Shown here one piece after another: positions 1 through 6,243 of a stretch of DNA of 9,100 bases. The stretch is from a virus. Lineage: Duplodnaviria; Heunggongvirae; Uroviricota; Caudoviricetes. The notes below the pieces were generated by a model. It searched no databases, was not told where the DNA came from, and worked only from the letters and a program-made list of their open reading frames with translations. Positions within the stretch are counted from its first letter, which is position 1. The number at the start of each line of letters is the position of its first letter. A program made the position numbers and the translations under genes. The stretch is from the IMG/VR virus record IMGVR_UViG_2684622620_000015, positions 1 through 9,100 of that record. One strand, written 5' to 3'.

Positions 1-405
1 ATGGATCAGGTCGTTGTTTTTCAAAAGATGTTTGAGCAAGTGAGAAAAGAGCAAAACTTCTCCTGGTTTTATTCAGAATTAAAACATCACCGTATTGCAC
101 ATTACATTTATTATCTGGCTACGGATAACATCAGAATTATTACTCACGATGACACGGTTTTGTTATTAAGAGGAACCAGGAACCTGTTAAAAATTAGTAC
201 GACCAAGAACCCTGCTAAAATAAAAGAGGCCGCATTGCTTCATATTTGCGGAAAATCTACATTTCGGGAATACTGTTCAACACTAGCAGGCGCGGGCGTT
301 TTCCGGTGGGTTACTGATGTTAATCATAACAAACGCAGTTACTACGCCATTGATAATACGCTTTTATATATTGAAGATGTAGAAAATAATAAACCATTAA
401 TCTAG
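1..405 (+). CDS. ycgX: YcgX-like small protein of unknown function (DUF1398-type), 134 aa, apparently complete
   Basis: ORF starts with ATG at window position 1 and ends with TAG at 403-405. Length and N-terminus (MDQVVVFQKMFEQVRK...) match my recollection of E. coli YcgX, which lies next to iraM in K-12. AT-rich, host side of the prophage junction. Recognition is from memory only. Confidence 0.65.
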   Translation: MDQVVVFQKMFEQVRKEQNFSWFYSELKHHRIAHYIYYLATDNIRIITHDDTVLLLRGTRNLLKISTTKNPAKIKEAALLHICGKSTFREYCSTLAGAGVFRWVTDVNHNKRSYYAIDNTLLYIEDVENNKPLI

Positions 406-615
406 CTAAAGTTGGATGCTTAAGAAATGCTTCATAATTCAGTAAGGCATTAGCATAATGGGAATAAAAGTACAGAGACTATCCCTATGGATGATAAATA
501 CTGTCCTTTTATTGCTACCCATAAATAATCACCATGCCAATACTATCAAATTGATATTTGAAATGTGATCACTTGACTTTCTATACGTTATTTTATAACG
601 GTTAATATATTTATA

Positions 616-664
616 AAAACAACGGGTGTGCCATACGCCCGTTTCAATACTTAACGCACATGTG
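616..664. repeat. About 48-bp hairpin-containing element, copy 1 (degenerate copy of the icd terminator region)
   Basis: Roughly 85% identical by eye, in direct orientation, to 1476-1521. Contains the palindrome AACGGGTG-tgccata-CGCCCGTT (621-643), which has a G.U wobble as + strand RNA and a C.A mismatch as - strand RNA. A T-run follows on the minus strand (rc of 611-620 is GTTTTTATAA). Confidence 0.6.
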
Positions 665-1100
665 TTTTGGTTTAGTCATCATCCAGTTATATGTATTTTA
701 GCCAGGAACAGGTTAAACCTTTCCTATATAACTCAAAAATTGAAACCTTATTCTCATGTCATGCTTATATTCATTATTATCGTTATATAAAAAGGCAACC
801 ATAATGTTTAGCAAATTGGCACAAAGTAGCATAAAGGCTATGTTTTAATTACAGGATGTTCAGTCATTTGAATGTATAACATTATAGCTAAACAAATCTA
901 AAACGAAGTGAATAATTTATTGTTTTCACTAAATCTCATTTTGTTTAACATCCATTGAGATTCCTTGCTTTAAATTTTGTTTTATATAAGCAATCGTTTT
1001 AATTAATTTATTTTTTGAAGGGGTAATATACTCATATGCAAAATAAAGAAATGAACATCCAAATGAACTATATTAAATACCGTGGGATAAGACATAACAA

Positions 1101-1424
1101 ATGAAGTGGATAGTAATTGACACGATAATTCAACCTTCATGCGGCATATCTTTTTCAGCCATATGGGGTAATATGAAAATGATCATCTGGTATCAATCTA
1201 CTATATTTCTCCCTCCTGGCAGTATATTTACACCGGTTAAATCTGGAATTATCCTTAAAGATAAAGAATATCCTATTACTATTTATAACATCGCACCATT
1301 CAACAAGGATTTATGGAGTCTACTCAAAAGCAGTCAAGAGTGTCCTCCAGGAGAAAGCAAAATAACAAATAAATGTTTGCATAATAGTTGCATTATAAAA
1401 ATATGCCCATATGGGCTCAAGTAA
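1101..1424 (+). CDS. iraM: Anti-adaptor protein IraM (RssB inhibitor that stabilises RpoS), 107 aa
   Basis: 107-aa [35 protein letters not shown]...ICPYGLK matches recalled K-12 IraM (YcgW/ElbA) in length and sequence with a few substitutions. Very AT-rich gene in an AT-rich intergenic context, in the expected position between ycgX and the icd 3' fragment. Confidence 0.8.
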   Translation: MKWIVIDTIIQPSCGISFSAIWGNMKMIIWYQSTIFLPPGSIFTPVKSGIILKDKEYPITIYNIAPFNKDLWSLLKSSQECPPGESKITNKCLHNSCIIKICPYGLK

Positions 1425-1470
1425 AGGGTTTTATATAAATATGCTCGATATGCTATTAATAATACCTACA

Positions 1471-1503
1471 TAAATAAAACAACGGGCGTGTTATACGCCC
1501 GTT
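1471..1503 (-). terminator. Rho-independent terminator of icd (hairpin plus U-tract on the minus strand)
   Basis: Perfect 8-bp stem AACGGGCG (1481-1488) / CGCCCGTT (1496-1503) with a 7-nt loop. On the minus strand it is followed by GTTTTATTTA (rc of 1471-1480). It sits 24 bp downstream of the icd-fragment stop codon at 1527-1529. The + strand side lacks a U-tract, so it is a weak terminator at best for iraM. Confidence 0.75.
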
Positions 1504-1521
1504 GCAATATTAAACACATGT
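1476..1521. repeat. About 48-bp hairpin-containing element, copy 2 (includes the functional icd terminator)
   Basis: Direct repeat of 616-664; see that feature. The two copies bracket the roughly 810-bp AT-rich segment that carries iraM. Confidence 0.6.
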
Positions 1522-1526
1522 AGTGA

Positions 1527-1691
1527 TTACATGTTCTTGATGATCGCATCACCAAATTCTGAACATTTCAGCAGTTTAGCGCCTTCCATCAGACGCTCGA
1601 AGTCATAGGTTACGGTCTTCGCATTGATTGCGCCTTCCATACCTTTAACAATCAGGTCTGCGGCTTCAGTCCAGCCCATATGGCGCAGCAT
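1527..1691 (-). pseudogene. icdC: 3' fragment of isocitrate dehydrogenase gene (icdC), displaced by prophage integration; last 54 codons plus stop
   Basis: Reverse-complement translation of 1530-1691 gives [54 protein letters not shown] followed by TAA (rc of 1527-1529). I recognise this as the Icd C-terminus. An in-frame stop lies immediately upstream, so no Icd N-terminal part is present and this is a fragment. Confidence 0.85.
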
Positions 1692-1700
1692 TAGTTAGAT
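1686..1700. other. Approximate host/prophage junction (attR core region) at the end of icd homology
   Basis: Icd-like coding homology on the minus strand stops at about 1688-1692 (an in-frame TAA precedes it at 1695-1697). Sequence to the right is non-icd, AT-rich prophage DNA. The exact core cannot be defined without the attL copy. Confidence 0.5.
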
Positions 1701-1924
1701 GATTAAATCGTAACTATTTGACATAGCAACATAATTTTACTAATTTGCATATAACTCATTAGCTCTTAGCATTTCCATAACTCATTGATTATCAACATGT
1801 GTTTTTGAGTTTTGATAACCATTTTTAGCATAAAAATAGCAGTTAACATTTGCAGAAGTTAAGATCAGAGAAAATTTTTACCCTGTAAGGTATTACGTCT
1901 TAAATGTGACTTTAATAAACAATT

Positions 1925-2758
1925 TTATTTCTGTAATCGGTTTATATTAACGTAAAGCATCTCGATTAGCTCTTTTGCATTTTTACTATAGTGCAATTCT
2001 CTATGGCAATTCGGACAAAGGGCAACACAGTTATCTGTTGTATCAGCACCACCTGAAGACAGGGGAATTACATGATGCACTTCCAAGTATGGGCTTCCAT
2101 CATTTAAATAAAACGGAGCATTTTTACCACAGTTTTCACATATACCTTTACTTTGCTGTAAAATCCAAGCTTTTACCATCGGGTCTCGGAGATAAACTTT
2201 TTGTAGTCTTTCTACCTCAACTGGTTTTCTGGAGCCCTCGGGTTGACTCAACGTTTTCTTAATTAATTTACTAACCCTCATATTCAGAAGCGATTCATCA
2301 TCTGTAGGCTGTGAAAGCTCTGATAGATCTCCACGTATTATAGACGCCCAAAAACTGTCACTATAAATACCTGGAACATTTATCAATATTCGTTTCGTTC
2401 TATTGCCGGAAGGAATTTCCTTTCTCCCCGTACGACTAAAATAAGCCTGATAACCACACATCTTCAAGCGTATATCGCGGGGGCTATTACCAATCAAAGT
2501 AAAATATTCACCAGGATGGATTTTTCTTTCATCCAAAGAATGCATATGTTTTCTGACTGATGATGACGCCAGATATACTACGATTTGGGATACACCAGAA
2601 TCAACCAACCGTTCAATGATATAATCAAGAGCGATATTGTAATCTTTGTTTCTGTCACCCGGCCCCCACGACTCAAGGATTAGACCATAAACGCCATCCT
2701 CTTCACCTATCGAACACTCAGCTTTTAGTTCAATTCCATTATTATCAAAAACATGCAT
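1925..2758 (-). CDS. mcrA: McrA, HNH-family type IV (modified-cytosine-dependent) restriction endonuclease, 277 aa
   Basis: 277-aa ORF with a C-terminal HNH/zinc-finger nuclease motif visible in the translation (CENCGKNAPF...LEVHHVIPLSSGGADTTDNCVALCPNCHRELH). Length and N-terminus (MHVFDNNGIELKAE...) match recalled K-12 McrA. Located between pinE and the att junction as in e14. Confidence 0.9.
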   Translation of the reverse strand: MHVFDNNGIELKAECSIGEEDGVYGLILESWGPGDRNKDYNIALDYIIERLVDSGVSQIVVYLASSSVRKHMHSLDERKIHPGEYFTLIGNSPRDIRLKMCGYQAYFSRTGRKEIPSGNRTKRILINVPGIYSDSFWASIIRGDLSELSQPTDDESLLNMRVSKLIKKTLSQPEGSRKPVEVERLQKVYLRDPMVKAWILQQSKGICENCGKNAPFYLNDGSPYLEVHHVIPLSSGGADTTDNCVALCPNCHRELHYSKNAKELIEMLYVNINRLQK

Positions 2759-2859
2759 AGCATTAATCTTTAATCAATTTTTTACGACAATACTACTTTT
2801 ATTGATAAAATTGCAACAAGTTGCTGTTGTTTTATTTTGTACACAAAGTGTCTTTAACT

Positions 2860-3414
2860 TTATTTATCCCCTGCAGGAAACCTCTTATACAAAGTTGACA
2901 CACCAACATCATAGATAATCGCCACCTTCTGGCGAGGAATGCCTGATGCAATTAATCGCCCGGCCTGCGCCCATTGTTCTAGTGTAAGTTTGGGACGACG
3001 TCCCCCAATTCGTCCCTGTGCGCGAGCAGCTTCCAGTCCAGCTTTTGTTCGTTCAACAATCAGTTCTCGTTCCATTTCAGCTAGGGCACCCATCACATGA
3101 AAGAAAAAACGCCCCATCGGTGTGCTGGTATCAATAGCATCCGTCAGGCTGCGAAAATTAACGCCACGTTCGCGCAACTCCTCAACCAGAATGACCAGAT
3201 GCCGCATACTACGCCCCAGCCGATCCAGCTTCCAGACAACCAGAGTGTCACCTGCCGATAATGTCCTGAGCAGTTTTTTCAGTCCAGGCCTTTCGGACTT
3301 TGTACCGCTTATCTTGTCTTCAAAAATCAGCTCGCATCCTGCACAGTTCAGCGCATTACGTTGTAGATCTGTGTTCTGGTCATTTGTTGACACACGTACA
3401 TAGCCAATAAGCAT
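2860..3414 (-). CDS. pinE: Serine-recombinase DNA invertase (Pin; Hin/Gin/Cin family), 184 aa
   Basis: Translation MLIGYVRVSTNDQNTDLQRNAL...GRLIASGIPRQKVAIIYDVGVSTLYKRFPAGDK has the catalytic-Ser N-terminal motif and a C-terminal HTH typical of DNA invertases. I place the start at the ATG at 3414-3412, which is preceded by AGGGGG 7 nt upstream. The 196-aa ORF in the track adds 12 codons with no RBS and runs into the recombination-site region. Confidence 0.9.
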   Translation of the reverse strand: MLIGYVRVSTNDQNTDLQRNALNCAGCELIFEDKISGTKSERPGLKKLLRTLSAGDTLVVWKLDRLGRSMRHLVILVEELRERGVNFRSLTDAIDTSTPMGRFFFHVMGALAEMERELIVERTKAGLEAARAQGRIGGRRPKLTLEQWAQAGRLIASGIPRQKVAIIYDVGVSTLYKRFPAGDK

Positions 3415-3468
3415 GTTAAATCCCCCTGGTAAAAGCAGGAATGATGCCATTTGCTTGTTATTTCTTCA

Positions 3469-3494
3469 TTTTCATAAACATTGGTTTGGGAGAA
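3469..3494. other. Left inversion crossover site (pix/gix/hix-like 26-bp site)
   Basis: 'TTTTCATAAACATTGGTTTGGGAGAA' resembles the recalled gix/hix pattern (TTATCnAAAACC-nn-GGTTTnnnGATAA). It is 21/26 identical to the reverse complement of 5353-5378, with the inner 12-bp half-site plus central dinucleotide identical. It lies about 55 bp upstream of the pinE start. Confidence 0.8.
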
Positions 3495-3989
3495 GGTTCA
3501 GCATTACCTGTTGGTGCACCTGTTCCGTGGCCTTCAGAGACACCTCCAACAGGCTGGCTGAAATGCAACGGAGCAGCTTTTTCTGCTGAAGAATACCCGG
3601 AACTGGCAAAGGCTTACCCGACAAATAAATTGCCTGATTTACGTGGTGAGTTTATTCGTGGCTGGGATGATTCTAGAGGGATTGATACGGGGCGTTCATT
3701 GCTAAGTGGTCAGGCTGCAACATTTATTCGTACAGCTTTGCAGGATTATTACGGTTACGATCTGAATACTAATGTCAAAGTAGGTATCGCTTTTGCTACT
3801 GCTGATTCTGTTATAACTGTTGGAAACCCAGCTAATCCTAAAGCAGGAAATAATAGCGTTTATGTTCCTGCATCAGCAGATAACTCCATAACGGGTACTC
3901 AAAGGACAGCGGAGGATAATTTTACCGGGGCATGGATATCAATGCGCCCTCGTAACCTTTCATTTAATTACATCGTGAGGGCTGCATAA
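3483..3989 (+). CDS. stfE: Alternative tail-fibre C-terminal receptor-binding segment (StfE variable part); silent in this orientation
   Basis: The in-frame ORF (track 3441-3989) carries a tail-collar-type motif (LPVGAPVPWPSETPPTGWLKCNGAAFSAEEYPELAKAY...LPDLRGEFIRGW). Meaningful coding begins at the crossover site; the first 14 codons (MMPFACYFFIFINI) are an ORF-finder extension across the pin-proximal region. It would be fused to the constant N-terminus only after inversion. Confidence 0.75.
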   Translation, partial: GLGEGSALPVGAPVPWPSETPPTGWLKCNGAAFSAEEYPELAKAYPTNKLPDLRGEFIRGWDDSRGIDTGRSLLSGQAATFIRTALQDYYGYDLNTNVKVGIAFATADSVITVGNPANPKAGNNSVYVPASADNSITGTQRTAEDNFTGAWISMRPRNLSFNYIVRAA

Positions 3990-4591
3990 TGGATAATGCC
4001 GTATTAAATAGCGAGTTTATTGCCACGAAGGCGGGGGATATTACTGTCTATAATTATAATGGTGAAACACGAGAATATATTTCCACATCAACTGAATATC
4101 TTGCTGTTGGTGTCGGTATTCCGGCATGTTCCTGTTTAGATGCACCAGGAACATATAAAGCTGGTTATGCCATCTGCCGCTCTGCGGATTTAAACTCATG
4201 GGAATATGTGCCAGACCATCGCGGAGAAATCGTCTATAACACCGAAACGGGAGACGCCAAAGAAATCACAACTCCGGGTGATTACCCCGAAAATACAACC
4301 ACTATCGCCCCATTAACGCCATACGATAAATGGGATGGTGAGAAATGGGTGACCGATACTGAGGCACAGCATCACGCCGCAGTAGACGCGGCAGAAGCAC
4401 AGCGTCAGTCACTGATTGATACTGCAATGGCTTCCATTAGTCTGATTCAACTGAAATTACAGGCTGGGCGGAAGCTGATGCAGGCAGAGACCTCCCGACT
4501 TAACACTGTGCTGGATTACATTGACGCGGTGACGGCAACAGATACCAGCACCGCGCCGGATGTCATCTGGCCTGAACTGCCGGAGGAGTAG
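3989..4591 (+). CDS. tfaE: Tail-fibre assembly protein (Tfa/U family), 200 aa
   Basis: The start ATG overlaps the stfE-v stop (TAATG). The C-terminus ...DTSTAPDVIWPELPEE is the conserved Tfa C-terminal motif. Length matches recalled TfaE (200 aa). Confidence 0.8.
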   Translation: MDNAVLNSEFIATKAGDITVYNYNGETREYISTSTEYLAVGVGIPACSCLDAPGTYKAGYAICRSADLNSWEYVPDHRGEIVYNTETGDAKEITTPGDYPENTTTIAPLTPYDKWDGEKWVTDTEAQHHAAVDAAEAQRQSLIDTAMASISLIQLKLQAGRKLMQAETSRLNTVLDYIDAVTATDTSTAPDVIWPELPEE

Positions 4592-5006
4592 GCCATTCAA
4601 TATCTGGCGCACTGGAAGTATCGACCAGCTCCAGTGCGTCCAGATAATCCAGCCACAAATTATATTGCGCCAGTTCCTCACCTTTCAGGCGACCAATCGC
4701 CGCTTTACCAGGCCATTGCTTACTGTTCATGTTAGAGTTGGCCTGTTCAATAAGAATCTGCCTCTTGCGTTCTGCTGCTGCTACCTGCTCATCATGAGTT
4801 AGTGCTGGTAGTTCACCCCATTCCGGATAACCATCTTTTCCAGCGATGCGGACCTTCCCAGTTGGCGGTTCCTTTGTATATTCTGTAAATATATCTTCGT
4901 CACATTCAACACCATCAGTAGGCCAGCAATTTCCAGAAATATAATCTTCTTTCATTGATGTTGGATAGAAAGCGTTATTTATTGCACTGTACACATATTT
5001 TTTCAT
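4563..5006 (-). CDS. tfaP: Tail-fibre assembly protein (Tfa/U family) partnered with StfP
   Basis: The start ATG (5006-5004) is 1 nt after the stfP stop and is preceded by AGGT. The C-terminus ...VDTSSAPDIEWPTPPAVQAR carries the Tfa motif. The start could be the internal Met at codon 18; I recall K-12 TfaP as somewhat shorter than this 147-aa ORF. Confidence 0.75.
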   Translation of the reverse strand: MKKYVYSAINNAFYPTSMKEDYISGNCWPTDGVECDEDIFTEYTKEPPTGKVRIAGKDGYPEWGELPALTHDEQVAAAERKRQILIEQANSNMNSKQWPGKAAIGRLKGEELAQYNLWLDYLDALELVDTSSAPDIEWPTPPAVQAR

Positions 5007-5007
5007 T

Positions 5008-5655
5008 TTATTTACCTATAGCTATCCATCGACAATAAGTTGTATTGCTACCTGATGGCTGGGAACCCATTAAGCTAAAACCAAGACCGGTACTAACGGG
5101 TGTAGCAGCAAAAGAAGGAATTGAATTTACTGCAGATTCCGCATTATCATACGACACAACAATTTGCACGGTTGAGTAGTTGGTAAATGCAATGGGGAAA
5201 TTTATAAAAGTGGGAGATCCAATCGCTCCTGCCACTGAAACACCACGTTGAAAGATAGTTCCATCAGGGTAACGACACCAGCCATTTCCACTTGTAAAGC
5301 TAGACATGTCAGGAATTTGATTGGTGCCGGTCCCTACATTTCTTTTAGCCGCTTCTCCCAAACCAAGGTTTTCGAGAGCTATTTTCACCGTGCCATCCGA
5401 TTTGATATCGCCAAACGGATTCTTGCGGCTTAACAGCAGCGCGCGAAGTGCGGTAAGCAACTGATCGTGCCGCCCCTTCTCCAGGCTGGCACCGGATGCC
5501 TCCACAACGCTGCAAAGCTCCTCCTGCAACATGTCAAAGTAGTCATCATCCAGATCGGTGGCAGGCGTGCCAGTCTGGGGGTTACCACGGGTAAAACCGT
5601 TTTTACCCGCGCCGAACTTATCCTTCTGCGCGGTTTTCGTGTCTATACGATGCAT
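5008..5655 (-). CDS. stfP: Side tail-fibre protein: constant N-terminal part (outside the invertible segment) fused in frame to the StfP variable C-terminal domain
   Basis: 215-aa ORF whose ATG (5655-5653) is preceded by GGAG at 6 nt and lies 3 nt after the ymfQ stop. The crossover site sits in codons ...ENLGLGE..., about 96 codons in. The N-terminus [21 protein letters not shown]... matches recalled StfP. Confidence 0.8.
   Translation of the reverse strand: MHRIDTKTAQKDKFGAGKNGFTRGNPQTGTPATDLDDDYFDMLQEELCSVVEASGASLEKGRHDQLLTALRALLLSRKNPFGDIKSDGTVKIALENLGLGEAAKRNVGTGTNQIPDMSSFTSGNGWCRYPDGTIFQRGVSVAGAIGSPTFINFPIAFTNYSTVQIVVSYDNAESAVNSIPSFAATPVSTGLGFSLMGSQPSGSNTTYCRWIAIGK
5353..5378. other. 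Right inversion crossover site (pix/gix/hix-like 26-bp site), inside stfP
   Basis: 'TTCTCCCAAACCAAGGTTTTCGAGAG' is the inverted partner of 3469-3494. It lies within the stfP reading frame at the constant/variable boundary. Confidence 0.8.
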
Positions 5656-5658
5656 GGA

Positions 5659-6243
5659 TTACTCCGGATATTTAAAAATTACGCAGGTATGCGACGGGCA
5701 GAGTTTGTTAAGAACACACTCGACAACGGTGTCCCCCCAGATACGCAGTGCGGAATCACAGGGATCGCCACATGTCATCCAGGTGGTGTTGGCGGCGGCT
5801 GGCATGTTGACCTGCCAGTAATACCGCCATTCCGGCGCATTCACAGCGTCAGTACAGGCCGATGAGCAGGTGAACGTGCTTTTGTCGTATCGCGTGATGG
5901 TGGCATCTGGTCTGCCCAGGGCAGCAAGCTGTGCAAGATAAAAATCCTCGTTGATGCCGCCCGCCAGGTTAACCTTCGCATCCAGCCGTTGCTGACGCTG
6001 GCGAAGGGTCTGTGTCCCTGCGGGAATACATTCATCCGGCAGGCCGCACAGACGCTCCCAGCGATTTATCAGTTCGGTGGTGGTGCGCGGATCCAGCTCC
6101 CGCATCAGGGCATCCGCACGCTGATGAACACGGGTTAATGACGGTGCTGCACCGGCAATCGCCGGATCGCTGACTGACCACGCCGGACCGGGCGGCAACA
6201 GTGCCGACAACAGACGGATATAATCATCGTTTGTCACGTCCAT
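5659..6243 (-). CDS. ymfQ: Phage baseplate/tail protein YmfQ (Mu gp48-like, DUF2313-type), 194 aa
   Basis: 194-aa ORF immediately upstream of stfP; its start overlaps the stop of the J-like gene by 10 nt. Length and sequence match recalled e14 YmfQ. Position corresponds to Mu gene R (gp48) in the P-Q-V-W-R-S-U order. Confidence 0.75.
   Translation of the reverse strand: MDVTNDDYIRLLSALLPPGPAWSVSDPAIAGAAPSLTRVHQRADALMRELDPRTTTELINRWERLCGLPDECIPAGTQTLRQRQQRLDAKVNLAGGINEDFYLAQLAALGRPDATITRYDKSTFTCSSACTDAVNAPEWRYYWQVNMPAAANTTWMTCGDPCDSALRIWGDTVVECVLNKLCPSHTCVIFKYPE

Larger units (their letters stand above)
3483..5364. other. Invertible segment (P-region-like, about 1.9 kb) between the two crossover sites
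   Basis: Bounded by inverted 26-bp sites. Contains two promoterless alternative tail-fibre C-terminal domains reading inward from each end, each followed by its own tail-fibre assembly gene, with convergent 3' ends. This is the architecture of the Mu G / P1 C / e14 P segments. Confidence 0.8.

Noticed and set aside
458-568. 36-codon ORF (MGIKVQRLSLWMINTVLLLLPINNHHANTIKLIFEM) in the ycgX-iraM intergenic region, considered as a small membrane peptide
   Set aside because: No Shine-Dalgarno, AT-rich context where such ORFs arise by chance, and no supporting feature. Could be revisited with ribosome profiling.
806-1000. TGTTTA-like hexamers upstream of iraM, considered as PhoP boxes
   Set aside because: I could not find two hexamers with the canonical 5-nt spacing; the matches are what AT-rich DNA yields by chance. 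The real promoter cannot be placed from sequence alone.
1728-1762. TTGACA (1728-1733) with a poor -10 (TAATTT) 17 bp downstream, considered as an outward-reading prophage promoter
   Set aside because: The -10 matches consensus at only 3 of 6 positions and nothing is encoded downstream on the + strand; it would be antisense to mcrA.
1975-2262. 95-aa + strand ORF antisense to mcrA
   Set aside because: Fully embedded antisense to a well-supported 277-aa HNH nuclease gene; no independent signal.
3122-3403. 93-aa + strand ORF antisense to pinE
   Set aside because: Embedded antisense to the invertase gene; Arg/Ser-rich low-complexity translation.
3415-3482. N-terminal extensions proposed by the ORF track: 12 extra codons on pinE (start 3450) and 14 extra codons on stfE (start 3441)
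   Set aside because: For pinE, the downstream ATG at 3414 has a strong AGGGGG Shine-Dalgarno and gives the canonical 184-aa invertase N-terminus. For stfE, AGGA abuts the ATG (spacing 0-3 nt), the extension crosses the crossover site, and the domain is expected to be expressed only as a fusion after inversion.
4457-4802. 74-aa (-) and 80-aa (+) ORFs overlapping the 3' ends of tfaE and tfaP
   Set aside because: Alternative-frame readings of the two convergent assembly genes. Both real genes end with the conserved Tfa C-terminal motif, which these do not have.
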